Below, in pieces: positions 26,170 to 40,650 of a stretch of 64,000 nt of DNA. Position 1 is the stretch's first letter. Each line of letters begins with the position of its first letter. Both the position numbers and the translations under genes were made by a program. The stretch comes from Eledone cirrhosa (taxonomy: Eukaryota): positions 33,728,001 through 33,792,000 of the forward strand of contig OZ024741.1 in NCBI GenBank assembly GCA_964016885.1. Reading direction: 5' to 3'. The notes below the pieces were generated by a model, which saw only the letters and a program-made list of their open reading frames with translations, had not been told where the DNA came from and did not search any database.

Positions 26170-27335
26170 TAATAACAATAAAAACCCGTCACCAAGAAAT
26201 ACAGAGTGGGCGGTCGGTGGGGAATAGCCGTGTCTCATGGGGAAAACGACCCCTCTAGTCTTGGTTGACACTCGTCCTAGGAGTGGTAACTCGAAATAAT
26301 TACCCCTTGGCGGTTATGGATAGAACGCAACAAAATAAATCAAATGTCAAATAAAAAAAAAATGATACCAGATCAGCCGTCACCCGGGTCAACAAGGGTT
26401 GCGTCCCTCAGAGAGGGACCACACTGGGGTCGAAAAATCAGCTAATGGTTCAAACCTTCCCATCAATTCGGAGTTGGAGACCTTCCATATCAGGGATACT
26501 CCAACTGATGGCCCTCCATGCTCACCACCAAGAAATCCAAAGAAAAAGAGAGAGAAATGGTCAAGGGAAGACAATAAAGAAGTCCTTGGGGCTTTCTACA
26601 CTGCCATATACTGCCCATCAAATAGATCGAATACAGAACAGACTTATATCAACTGGAAAAAGAAACATCCTGAAAACAGAGGCTATATTGACAATAACAA
26701 ACTAACCAATATACGAAGAAACATTGTTAAGAAGAAGTTACTAACTGACATAGAAATTGATCAGATCAAGCAATTAGCGCAAAGTCAGCAAAGGGAGAAT
26801 GAAACATGTGTCAGTGAAAATGAAATAAATTGTAACACCTTAAATCCCAGGGGCGGGGCAGAATTACTAACAGCAGAACAAATTAAAGAAAGGATCCAAA
26901 AAGTGGAAGGAGTGCATGTTCAAGATGAAACTCAAAATGAAAACAATGAGGAGATCATCAATGATAAAGAAATGAATGCGAATGAACTCGGCAACTTGAA
27001 GAATAAAATTATGATCGAATGGATGAAAATGAAAGAATCTGACATGGGGGAAGGAGACACTCTCCCTAAGATCCAGAACTCCAAACAAAACCAGAGGATA
27101 ATACGCAAGACTCGCATAGCTCTCAAAGACATTATCACCACAAATAAGCTAAACATTACTGATCTAAATCGTCTCTATTGTGCATCGGCTAAAGTCACCA
27201 TTCACTTCTGTGGAGTGAAAAAGAAAAAAAAAAGGAATGCCCACAAAAACCTACTTGTTGTCTCTTGAGGTCACTGGTTGTGACTTGGTTATAACTCGTA
27301 TGACCATAAAGCAAGATAAATGAAAAATAATAATA
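26170..27335 (+). mobile_element. R4/Dong-like non-LTR element, internally deleted (5'UTR plus ORF N-terminus fused to a putative 3' end)
   Basis: ORF 26399-27268 with REKWSREDNKEVL.AFY...W...HP......KL..IRRNI....LL...EI..IK, typical of the R4/Dong N-terminus; no RT; ends in (AAT)n. Confidence 0.7.
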
Positions 27336-27488
27336 ATGATAATGAGGATGATGATGACAGGCAAGTACCTTCTCCAAGTTTTCCTGCTCCGATCTACAGG
27401 TGTATACTCAGAGCTGGGCCCGCTACTCTCACCCACCTGTCTTTCTCACGATATATATATATATATTTATTCATTGAACCTTGTTTAA

Positions 27489-27529
<41 letters not shown>

Positions 27530-27584
27530 TCCTATCCTTTAGCCTCTCTCTCTCTCTCTCACTCTCTCTCTCTCTCTCTCTCAC

Positions 27585-27657
<73 letters not shown>

Positions 27658-27711
27658 CCCTTCTCTACATCACCATCCCCACAATAAGCCTACAGATACA
27701 TCATCATTATA

Positions 27712-27895
27712 ACGGTGAATTGGCAGTATCGGTAGAGGGCCGGACATGCTTTGCAGCATAGTTACGTCCCTTTACGATCTGAGTTTAAATCCCGCCGAGG
27801 TTAACTTTGCCTTTCATCCTTATGAGGTCAATAAAATAAAATACCAGGAATGTACTGGGTAATTGCTGGCCTTGTGCTAAAAGTAGAAACAATTA
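27712..27895 (+). mobile_element. tRNA-derived SINE
   Basis: Same head, core and tail as the 16095 copy. Confidence 0.85.
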
Positions 27896-28215
27896 TAAAG
27901 TTTAAGACTCCCATGCTAGTGTTTCGTTTTCGTTCAAGTTTTGTTGTTAAATGCAATATTTGCTTGTTATTGAAAATAATTATTCGTAATTATTTTTTTA
28001 AATGATGAAAAATATTTTATGCATTGAAAAATAGATTAAAAATATACAAACACCTTATTTCACCTGTGTTGTCGTATAATTAGTATCAGCTAAATAGAAT
28101 TTTCTAACTGAATTCTTATTAGTGTAAATACTCTCCAGCATTGACAAACAGGCACGACAAAAAAATTAGTTCGTGTTTCTACGCATGTGTATGTGGGCGT
28201 ATGTATATGCATGTG

Positions 28216-28251
<36 letters not shown>

Positions 28252-28272
28252 CATATGTATGTAGATAGATAA

Positions 28273-28330
<58 letters not shown>

Positions 28331-29257
28331 GCAATGTGTGGACGTATGTATGAGTGTGTGTGCTTCTACATGTATGTGAGTTTATATATATAATAGTATG
28401 TTTTGTTAGAAGGCTACAGGAATCCGAAAGGTACATTAAATATTTAAGATAATGAGAAGAAATATGTTTGTTCCCTTAGACTTGTTTAACAGTTTTTAAT
28501 ATTTCGGGATGAAATCCTTTCATCAAAAGAAGAATTAAGGAAACTAATTCTTGTATCGTTCTTGTTGCCATATTTTAATGTGAAAGTAGTGGCGGTGTAG
28601 CCTAGGAAGTGGTGAATGGATCGCATGGCATGTATTCTAAGTTCTGATGTAAGCTACGATTATATATATTTTTAAAGTTGACTGAAATGTAGTATTAAGT
28701 CTGTTTATGTAAGCCACTAAGTGATGAGTTCTAGTCTTGTTGATTGGGGGGGAGGGTGAATTTGGCTATTAAAATAGGTTCGTCGATTCTAGGGTTGCCA
28801 GTATTCCTTAGGTGTTAACTGTGATGTCTTTATTCGTGTTTTTGTATTTATCTGTGTGGTTTATGAAGGAGAATGCATGTGAGTTGAGGTATTCTATATG
28901 TTTAATAGCCAGATGGGGCTGTCGATGCAAACTCCACACATTTGGTACATTAGATACGATATGCCACATCTTATCACTGTAGAGTGCAAGGATGATCAAA
29001 TATATGCATTGTGTGAAAGAAAGAGATAGGGAGAAAAAGAGTGTGTGTTGTTTAGCCTCAATTCAGCTCTGGTTGAGTAGGCACACTATTTTTAAAAATC
29101 ATTCGATTCGTATCAGCGCTTCTTTTTTTTTTTTTTTGCAAGGGCGCAGATCACATGGAACCACATTATCCAATAAATATTTTTTATTTCTTTAAGTTGC
29201 TAGGATATGATCTGAAGGACATTTTATTTAGCTACTGTTTCCGGGGCGTAAACAAAG

Positions 29258-29622
29258 TACTCTCGGGTCTCGAATAATCGTACACTCATATTCCAACCTC
29301 ATATTCCAACCCCCAATTAGATATAGGTTATTAAATTTTGCTAATCTATCTCCTGCGAAATTATATTTTAAGTGGTAACATTCCTGCGACAATTAATATT
29401 CTTTATACATTAAAAACCATAATACATTACCAGAAATTCTATGTTATAAAATAAATAGGATGGGTTGGCGTCTCAATATATAAACTAAACGACTAATTCT
29501 GTTTTTTTTTTAAATCAACGGAGACAACCTTAGAAAAATTACCGATTTTCCACCTCCACCCCACCCTGCTTATGCCACCACCACCCAACCCACCCAACCC
29601 CTAATATTTGGGGCCCGAGAGT
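29258..29622. mobile_element. About 360-bp MITE-like element, copy 1
   Basis: Imperfect TIRs ACTCTCGGGTCTCGAATA / TATTTGGGGCCCGAGAGT; internal segment shared in reverse with 38258-38611. Confidence 0.6.
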
Positions 29623-31193
29623 GTACATACTTTAAATACCGTGCGGAAGTCTCTTGCTATCATTTCTATTTGAGTAGTGCTAACAAATGTACTTTGCATT
29701 TATTCTGTGATAAAGGTATATATAAATTTGGTATATACATATATCTTTAGAGTGCCACAAAAACAATCTTGAGTTTCCACGAAGCGGAAAGATGTGATCC
29801 GCTATGATAATTTTTATCTAATTTCGTCTCCTGCATTTATTTCCACTAGAGTAAGAGGTTATCTTAGATATGTTAAACTCATAAAAGTATTTTAGAGTAA
29901 AGACTCTATATTCTCGTCACATCAACGAATCTGAAAATAACATTTATTATTTTTAAAATGGCAAATTTCCAGTTTCATGTTTGTTTTTGTGTGTGTGTAA
30001 GTGTTTCAGTATATCTGTATGTATGTGTGTGAGTATTTCAGTATATCTGTATGTATGTGTGTAAGTATTTCAGCATATATGTATGTATGTGTATGAGTGT
30101 TTCAGAATGTATGTCTGTATTTGGGTATTTCCATGTGTGTGTGAGTTTCGGTGTGTATCATTCTCTGCGTGTTGTTCTGTGTGTGTGCGTTTCTGTGTTT
30201 TTCTGTGTGTGTATGCGTGTTTCTCTCTATATGTATGTGTGTTTCTGTGTGTATGCGCGTTTCTGTGTACGTGTTTCTGTGTGTATGTGTGTTTCTCTCT
30301 ATATGTGTGTGTTTCTGTGTCTTTCTGTGTTTTTTTATGTATATATATATGTATATGTATGTGTATGTGTGTGTGTTTCTCTGTGTGTGAGTGTGTATTT
30401 ATATATATGTGTGTATCTGTATGTATGTGTATGTGTCTGTCTGTGTGTGTATGTATCTGTATGTATGTCTGTGTATGTATGTGTGTCTATGTATGTGTCT
30501 ATGTGTCTGTGTGTGTATGTATATGTATGTATGTCTGTGTATATATCTGTATGTATGTGTGTCTATGTATGTGTCTGTCTGTGTATATATGTCTATGTAT
30601 GTGTCTGTCTGTGTATATATGTCTGTGTATGTATGTCTGTGTATGTGTCTGTGTGTGTATGTATGTCTGTGTATGTGTGTGTATGTATGTCTGTGTGTGT
30701 ATGTGTCTGTGTATGTATTTAAATATTCGCCTCATTTCCTCCCATTTGATTCTTTGATGCTGCTCACCAGATTATCTTCTTACTTTTTGCTCTTCTTTTT
30801 CCGATATACACCTTTATGTGTGTATATAATGTGTGGGTACATAATGTATGTGTGTGTATAAAGAATGTGTATGTGTATATAATGTATATACACATACTTT
30901 GTGTGTGTATACAATGTATCTGGGTGTATATAATGTAAGTGTATATATAATGTAAATATATATGTGGTGTGCGAAAATAAGGATACATACCTACCTATAC
31001 ACATACATACATACATGCATACATACTTACATCCATCCATACATACATACATACATATATACATGTTTACTTACATGCATTCATACGTATATGCAAATAT
31101 ATATACATACATATATATGTGTGTGTGTGTGTATACATACATACATATAAATACACAATATAAATGAAAATAAATAACCCCTGCCTCCCCACT

Positions 31194-31302
<109 letters not shown>

Positions 31303-31494
31303 GCACTCACCATAAAACAATCATACTATACTCCAACATCTAAAAAAAACACTTACCATTCTCTGTAAAAGATTGCCGTAGGAAAGTTTGGAATCTCCTC
31401 CCATGTTTCAACCAAACAGGGACCCTTACCATAACTTAACAGAATCTAAGTAAAAGAGTTCTTCACATCAAAGAGAGGTTTACCAAAAAATAAA

Positions 31495-31563
<69 letters not shown>

Positions 31564-31704
31564 GAAAAAGATGTGATAGACATCACACACGCGTACGAGT
31601 AAAGAGACAGACAGGCAAATATATATATAGAGGGGGGGGGGGGGGCTAGATAGATAGAGAGAGAAGGAGAGACAGAGATATATAGATGATTAGATAGATA
31701 GATA

Positions 31705-31795
<91 letters not shown>

Positions 31796-31883
31796 GAAGA
31801 GAGTTAGATAGATAGATAAAGACAGAGGGGGGATACAGAGATATATAGGTGATTATATATATATATATATAGTGAGAGAGAGT

Positions 31884-31939
<56 letters not shown>

Positions 31940-32199
31940 CATATATGTATGGAGCATGTGGAGATAACTATATGTGTGTGTTTAGATAGAAGCGATATTT
32001 TTTACTGGTTTGTGTATGTTGTCATTTTTGTCCTCCTGTTAGTCTGTGTGTGGAGGATTAACTTACGAAGTAGATTTAAAGATATAGTCGCCACAATACA
32101 GATAACTATAATAATGTTTCTTGAGACATTCTAACAACATTTTTGTAGTATCAGAGCTGTGATCTCTCAATTCGGAGAAGTAGCTGCTCTACCTGGAGA

Positions 32200-32450
32200 G
32201 ACTCTCTGTTATCTGAGCTACACACTCTATCGAGTAACGTTACTCCAAAGACCCTTCGGAGGAACCCCATTTCGGCAGCTTGTATTCGCGATCGTATTCT
32301 TTTGGTCATTACTCAAGATTAATAACCATAGGTAAGCGTTGGCACGAATACCGAATTGAAGATAGCCAGTTTGGCTTTTACACCTACCTCCCTTCATCTG
32401 ATTACCGAATACTGAATATTAAATTTAATAATTCCTTAATTACAACATTC
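32200..32450 (-). mobile_element. Decayed RTE-like RT fragment
   Basis: GCTTGTATTCGCGATCGTATTCTTTTGGTCATTAC...ACCATAGGT resembles the antisense RTE RT C-terminal region; no intact frame. Confidence 0.35.
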
Positions 32451-32701
32451 TATGTAACGATTCTTGAATCCGATTTTCATGGAGTCCTACCTCTTGTCAC
32501 TCCGACCAACGGTTTATTTGGTTTTATTTCAATCAATTATAATAATTTTCTTTCGTTTTTTACACAAAATTAGAAAGACTTTGTTCTACCGATATATCTG
32601 TCAATCTTGGAGTTGCTATTGAGATTCGTGCTTCGTTTGTGTTGTTATTGTTTTTCTTGTCCGAATATAGATACATTGGTAAATATACGTAGATAGCTAT
32701 C

Positions 32702-32752
<51 letters not shown>

Positions 32753-33103
32753 GTATTTATTGTCCGAATATGATATGTATATCTGGTAGTGTCTATAACT
32801 TGTTGCTGAACATATTGAAAGGACTCCGCATAATGTATGAATATGTGTATGAATATGTGTATGAATAAATAAATATATGCTTGCACATATATGTCTGCGT
32901 GTGTGTGTGTGTGTGTTAGTATGTATGTGTATATATAAATATATGTTAACGAGGAGAACATCTGTTTACTAGTTGACAGGACATCGATGTACTGAGACGC
33001 CCGTGAAGAGGAAATAACCAAAGTATGCCAAAAGCTGTTTTTCCCTCATTTTTGTCAATTCCAGGGTGTGTCACATATATGACCGTCCTGTTTTATTATT
33101 ATG

Positions 33104-33185
<82 letters not shown>

Positions 33186-33260
33186 TTATGTATATATATG
33201 TGTGTGTTTATGTTTATACATATGTGTGTGTTTATATATATATATTTGAGTGCGTGTGTT

Positions 33261-33295
<35 letters not shown>

Positions 33296-33563
33296 ACTTA
33301 TCTATATATGTGTGTGTGTGTGTATTATATTTTTCTATGTGTTTTCACCTATTGGGATGTGATCATGCAGTAGCTCTACCTTTGGATTGTATTGCTGAAT
33401 ATGTCGTTCTTTTATACTTTGACCAAGAAATAAAAGTAGTCAACGGTTCGTAAAGGAACATAACTGAAGCAGAAACAAATAGCTCAAGATATCTTTGTTC
33501 GACGCACTAATTTCTCATTACACTTCCCCCTATACATAAATGTGTGTATGTGTGCGCGCGCGT

Positions 33564-33594
<31 letters not shown>

Positions 33595-33984
33595 AGCGCC
33601 CGTGATTGTGTGTGTGTGTGTGTGTGTGCGTGCGTGTGTGTATACACATATATGAGATGGCGACGTGAATGGGCTTGTTTCTTTTCAGGATATTTTTGCT
33701 TTCGTTTTTGACACTGTCCAGTCTCCTCTGGCTTTCTATTTCTTCTTTCAATTTTCATACTACTTTCTGATGAAGCACTAGTGTCCGAAACATTAAAACA
33801 CTTTTCTTACTGTATTAAACGTAAAACTAATAATATTTATTTCTTCATTGTACTGTTCTGTTTGCTTTGTATATATATATATATATATATATGTGTATAT
33901 TATGCATGTGTGTATATGCATATATATATATTATGCATGTGTGTATATGCATATATATATGTGTGTGTGTGTATGGTATATATA

Positions 33985-34081
<97 letters not shown>

Positions 34082-34413
34082 TATTTGTATAAATTTTATA
34101 TAACATTTGAAACGTAAGGTGTACATTTTTAATTAACATTAAATTTAATCCCACTGTGAAAGTGTTTACAGTACAGATTTTAAAACCATACATTTCAAAT
34201 TATGCCAAAAATACTTGTGAAGTATACTATTAATTAATTACTCCGTGCGCTCAGTAAACGCTCTATTATGCAAATTGACGAATTTAGCTCTGTCTACGTT
34301 GATATTCATTATAAATATCTCTAAACTAATTATACGCCTTACGTCTTTGTAGACTTAGTGCAACGTCTGAGAAAACTGGAATTTATATATGTATGTATAT
34401 GTGCTTGTGTGTG

Positions 34414-34460
<47 letters not shown>

Positions 34461-34641
34461 GCAAACATCACGGGCGCTCTATCTCAAAATTATTTTTGAA
34501 AAGCAATTAGAAATGCGCAACCAGTAAAAACTTAAAACCAAAACTGAATACTAACCAATACTATTACTAATTTTTGCTTATTCCTAATTAAACTATTTTT
34601 CACTGGGAACAATTTGTCAGCATTTTCTTTTCCTTTTACCA

Positions 34642-34735
<94 letters not shown>

Positions 34736-34827
34736 AACTTGGAGTACAACCCAACGAGAGACGGACCCCGTAACAGCATCGAGTGCTTCGACCAGCGTCG
34801 CCGCTAGTAATCACAAGTTACTCACAT

Positions 34828-34881
<54 letters not shown>

Positions 34882-35168
34882 ATAAAAAACGAAAAAAAAA
34901 AGCAATAGAAAATGCTGAAGGGATTTTCTTTCAGAATAACATCAAAATATTTATTTACAAAATAGGTTTCCGCATTTAATTGTACCGGTTTCAGCTTATA
35001 TGCTTTTTCAACGACGGAAGTGTACAATGCAATTAAATTGCATATTAATAAGAATATGGAGGAAAAAATTAGTTTTTACAGACATATTTAGGGAGAACAG
35101 TTCATATTTTTGTCAGTAGTTTTCTTTCTTTCCATCTTAGTGTTGATGTTAGCCTTACCAACAGTGTG

Positions 35169-35201
<33 letters not shown>

Positions 35202-35254
35202 ATCGAATAATGGTAGTTAAGACAGGATTAAATCATCATAATTGTGCAACTATA

Positions 35255-35335
<81 letters not shown>

Positions 35336-35569
35336 TTGCTTACGCATGCGTGTGTGCAGTCAATTACTTTTATAGCTGTATGAGTCATTAACTGGTCTTC
35401 CAAGAAATAGATACACGATATGATATATTGAGTGCTTTATTTTCGTTTGCATGTGAACGCATACACCCCCAAAACACACACATACATATATATGTGTGTA
35501 TATATATATGTGTGTATATATATATATATGTGTGTATATATATATGTGTATATATATATATGTGTGTGT

Positions 35570-36435
35570 GTACTAATAGGAAATGTGTTATATGTAAAGT
35601 AAAGCCCCGGATAAACTGTAAAACTAGAAACGTAGTCTATAGCATAAGATGTACAGAGGGTACTTGCAGAAACATGACGACAACATACCTAGGTGAGACA
35701 GCCCGTAGCATAGGAGAAAGGATAGACCAACACTGGGGGGAACTAAAAGGACAAAAAACGGTTCAGTACTTTACGAACACGCCAGACAACAACACAACGG
35801 TAACATAGACAACATAGAAATTAAAATAATATCTAAACATAGAAATGACCCAGCAGATAGGCAAATCAGAGAGGTCAGTGAAATAGAACTTAGAAAGCAA
35901 AAGCTAAACAGAAAAAATGAATGGAATAACAACAATACCCATACAAACAATACTGACTTAAGAGAAATATATAATAAATAAATTAAAATATATATATACA
36001 AGCACAATAATAACAAACACATATAAACTAAGATAGGATGCAATAACCAAAACACAGTCACCCAAACGCGAACACACACCAAACACTATACACACACGCA
36101 AGCGCATGCGCAGAGAAGAAGACAAAATTAAATAAATAAATAAACAGATAAAATAAAAATGGCGTAGAAACACAATACAACAGGAGGAACATAATAGCAC
36201 CACTGATGATGTTGCAGATGTGCAACGAAAGAACTTTGTTAGACTATATATATGTGTTTATATCTATATTATATCTGTATTTTTGACCGTTGGTCAGTCA
36301 ATGATAAACATTGAGGACCAAATGAATTAACTGTGGAGATATAAAAGATACAGAAGGAAAACCAACCAAACAGTGAGTGTGTTCTGTTATTATTTCTGGC
36401 AATATTATTACAACAATATGACCCTTCCCAAGTAT

Positions 36436-36440
<5 letters not shown>
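35570..36440 (+). mobile_element. Older 5'-truncated copy of the same PLE family (GIY-YIG with frameshift plus pLTR)
   Basis: CTNRKCVICKV...NVVYSIRC...YLGETARS; clearly alignable to 21525-22443. Confidence 0.9.
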
Positions 36441-36490
<50 letters not shown>

Positions 36491-36849
36491 GGGGTTTAAT
36501 CAGGGGTAACCACAGTAAGTATGGTTTATCCCGGGTTCAATCAGGGGTAACCACAGTTAGTAAGGTACTCAACACCACAAAGCAGGGTATAAATATTTAA
36601 TATAGACTAGAACTGTTTCATTCGGGAGAAATCATCAGGAAGCTGACTGTCCAAGTAATATGGTGGTATTTATATCTTTTCTGGTGGTAGGAGAGGGTGG
36701 TGATTGGGATGGGTGGAGGTCATTGGTTGATGGGTTTAAAGAAAAGGGAATTCTTTAAAAACTATATTTAGAGTAACAAAGGCAGAAAGAATATATATAT
36801 ATATATATATATATATAAGTAGAAAAAAACCACAAACCCTCCATCTCAA

Positions 36850-36889
36850 TTCTTTTGAAAAGCATAAGAACTGTGAAACCGGTAAAGGA
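36850..36889 (+). ncRNA. Hammerhead-like motif with U3-A8 core variant
   Basis: TTCTT TTGAAAA GCA taagaac TGT GAAA CCGG TA AAGGA. Confidence 0.55.
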
Positions 36890-36994
36890 AACAAATAAAT
36901 ATTCTTAAAAAGACTCCAGTGGCATTTTCGATTTCATCTTTTTTCCTTATACTTTCACTCGTATAAAAAAAAAAGAAACCTCATTTTCTTTATA

Positions 36995-37400
36995 AGGACT
37001 GCTGGCCTTTCGAATCTACCAGTCTCTCTTTAGCGCTTAAGGAGACCATCACTAATTTATTAATGTCGATGTAATTTTTATATCGATATTATTTGGGCAT
37101 CCACTGATGAGTTTATAAGAGCCCGCTTATATATAAAACTATGGATTATATACAAGTTTCTACATAACCTGGACATTATTTATCCCAAATTGTAGAAATC
37201 TTATAACGAAACGATCGTCTGGAAGGAAAGAGATATTTATTTAATTATGTCTCATATAAAATAATACAACCAGCTATCCGCGAAATACTGATTAGTTAGC
37301 ACCCCAAACACTAAATTGGGAGAATACTTAGGTATATCCTAATGTTTGTTGAGTGAGATGGAGTTGGTCAGAGTATCGCATAAGGCTTTCTCTGTTAATG
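36995..37400 (+). mobile_element. Family D pseudo-LTR-like element
   Basis: Near-identical reverse copy at 56381-56788; diverged copy at 46462-46880. Confidence 0.8.
37100..37223 (+). ncRNA. Type I hammerhead with branched stem II, family D
   Basis: TCCA CTGATGA GTTTATAAGA ...two hairpins... TCTTATAAC GAAA CGATCG TC TGGA. Confidence 0.85.
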
Positions 37401-37470
37401 ATTGTGTATAGAAGATTATATTAATAAAAGGAATTCCAACTTTGTCTGATTTACTCGTTTTATTTACAAT

Positions 37471-37667
<197 letters not shown>

Positions 37668-38257
37668 GAGCGGATGCATGTGGTTTCCTTGTCGAACAAA
37701 GAAGCATTGTCTGTTTCTCGAGATGGTAATTGTAGTATCTTATGCCTAGGGAATATATTCTGCTTATCATCCCACTGGGCCTCTTGTAGTTAAAGAGACC
37801 CGGGCGCAGAACTGGATTTCCTTATTTTTCCCAGAATGTGATTAAAACATTGCAAACATGAGGTGTCATCCGCCTTGAATCAAATGAAGTCGTTACATAA
37901 CTACATTTCTCACATCTCTATTTTTGGTTTGCTTACATGGGAAAATGAAACTTTCTGCGGCATTTTATAAACGATTACTAACCATATCCTTGTTCTTGAT
38001 TAGATCTAGAAAATCTAAGGTTTCACGTTTTATGAATCCGCCATTTTCTTTATGCACATATTTATTAGATTACTGTTTAATTTATTAGTTAGTAGCGTGA
38101 GAAGATGACTGAGAATGAAGTAACTAGGTTATACCTACCTATGTTTGTTTTCTCTTTTATTTAAGATTGTCAGGGAAAGAGTTAGTTTCCTCGAAGTAAG
38201 ATCAGTGTTGATGTTGTTTTAAATTTATCTTTTTTGCGCACGGAACATATTTTTCAC

Positions 38258-38611
38258 TACTTTCGGGTCCCAAATAATAGGTGGCGGGAATAAGCGGTAG
38301 GTAGGACATGTGCTTAAATTCTTATGAGGGGTTGGAATAAACGGGGAGGATCGTTAATTGTATAGTTTACGTTCGTAAATAAGGGATTTCTTGTCATCTT
38401 CTTTTTTGTTTTGTCATATATAATGTTTTTAATGCAAAATAAAATTATTATTAGATTCTCCAGCTACTGTATCAATATGAATCACTTACAATAAAATTTT
38501 GCCGGAGATAGATTAGCAAAATTTAATAAGAGTGGAGGGGGTAAGACGCGGGGGGGGATGTCTGAAAAATTAATAAGCGGGGGGGGGGGGGGTATTCAAG
38601 GCCTGAGAGTA
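38258..38611. mobile_element. About 355-bp MITE-like element, copy 2 (opposite orientation)
   Basis: TACTTTCGGGTCCCAAATA ... TATTCAAGGCCTGAGAGTA. Confidence 0.6.
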
Positions 38612-39772
38612 GGTCTTTTGTATATCTTTAGCAGAGAATGAGCCGCACCTATGACTCTTTCCTTGAATTAAATAAAGTGAAATAGTTATCCTCAGGCGTT
38701 GGTTCTATTCAGAATACTGGCAACTGAGTGCACTCCGTTAATGATGCCCAAGTCTTAGGTGGCGGTGTTAAACCTGTTGAAAGATTAAGTTGACCAGAAA
38801 GACTCCACAGAGTTTCCGTCAAATAATGTCTTATATACACATATATACACAGAAGGATCAAACTCCCACTGTCAGTGCCTCCATCTCTCACTATTGTGAG
38901 CAAATGGGGCCCCGGTGGACAGAATAGAGGAGTCATTTCCCTGGAGAGTGGTGAAAGACACGAGCTGGAAGAGCCATTCCAGTTCGCGTGGCTATAACTT
39001 CAACTGACATGACTGGCGAGGCTGACGCTCAAAATGTCTTTCATCATAGAAAGGAAGGCCAATTCCAGGGTGTAATTTTTGTTAATGTTATGTGAACTAT
39101 GTCACGTATTTAGAAACGTGTTGTATGAAAACAAACTTAAAATAAAATGATCGAAAAGGCATGCAATTCTATGAAATCACTAATTAGTATGTCATTCCTG
39201 TTTGAGAAAACATTGTACCGTTAGTAACTGCAGAAATTGTAAACACTAATTCACTCTCAGTTCACGTCTGTTTCAGTTTTGTTATAAATCAAGATTATTC
39301 ACTCAACAAATCATACTAACTCTATTTTTCTCTAGCCATTGCATGTCACTCACATTCAAATACACATGTCTTACTACTGTGTTATACAACACGTCTCCTA
39401 CATTCTTCATATAGTGTGCATTTAGTGTAGAAAGAGAATCTCTTTGGTGTCAACAGAAATAAGAACTCTCTGAACGTCTTCCAACTCTTGCTTACTCTGG
39501 TGACTGTGTGTCTTATTGTATTACTGGACACAGACTTTTATTCTATACTAGACACCCGTCACCCGTCGGGTCACATTCACTTCAAAATATTTTTTTTAAA
39601 TCACGTTCACTTAAAAATAATTTTTAAATAATTAAAATATACACAGACATGTATATAATGTGAAATGAAACTGGAAGGCCCATATATATACTACGTGTGT
39701 GTACGTGTGTGTATACATATATATATAAGTATGTGTGTGTATGTGGGTGTCTGAGATCTATATGCACTGGTC

Positions 39773-39818
<46 letters not shown>

Positions 39819-40609
39819 TCATATATATACACAACAACACAACCATCTCTCTCTCTCCCATTCTCCTTCTCTGACTCCTCTCCCTCTCTCTATGTCTCTT
39901 TTTCAACCTACTCTCTCACAACCACTATCTCTTTCTCTCTATCTTTCTGTCTCTCTGTTTATGAAGGTACCCGGAAAAGCCCCATGTCTCGGGAACCCGT
40001 GATTCGATTTCCGCGAAAGTTGTTTTATTCCATTTGTATCCCCATTTCAGGATCAACTTCCTTTTAAAGTATTTTCCCATTATGCGCCCTTTTGGTTGTA
40101 TTACATTACAGACAAGCAAGCAAGCAATCACAGAGTTTTAGTAGTATATAGATTGCCACATTTCACTTAGCTGTTGGAAATAAATGCCAAATTTAAATAG
40201 ACGTTCATACTATCCATGAGAAAATCAGACATACTGTAAAGCTGGGGACATGCTATACCACATGAGGAGTCTGGGATAACTCTACAGGGTATATTGGAAA
40301 AACTGTAATTAATATATACGTGATATTATTGGGCTGAGTATAGTGAAAAGTGACCAACATCAGCGTTCTACGAATATCATTGCTTGATAAAACAAAGTGT
40401 TTTTCTAAGAAGATCTAATAAGATTGAAACATGTCGGAAGTCGTTCCTGTATCAAACAAATACAAAACGCACTTCTTATTGCAAGTTTAATAGTCATAGA
40501 AAAAATATTAACAGTAATGATTTTTTCTTTTCATTGGGAGAGTAATTTTAATTGCCTAAAAACTAATTAGTTTCACTCACTTCATTATGTATATTGGTCC
40601 CAATTTAAC

Positions 40610-40650
<41 letters not shown>

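Noticed and set aside
28493-28530. TTGATGA..GGAT/ATCC..GAAA motif (also 40401-40440 and 10670-10700)
   Set aside because: Core or stems are broken; at most decayed relics, so not listed as features
37320-37362. ACUC/GAGU hairpin in family D
   Set aside because: TTGAGT is present but the required lower stem could not be formed consistently in the copies
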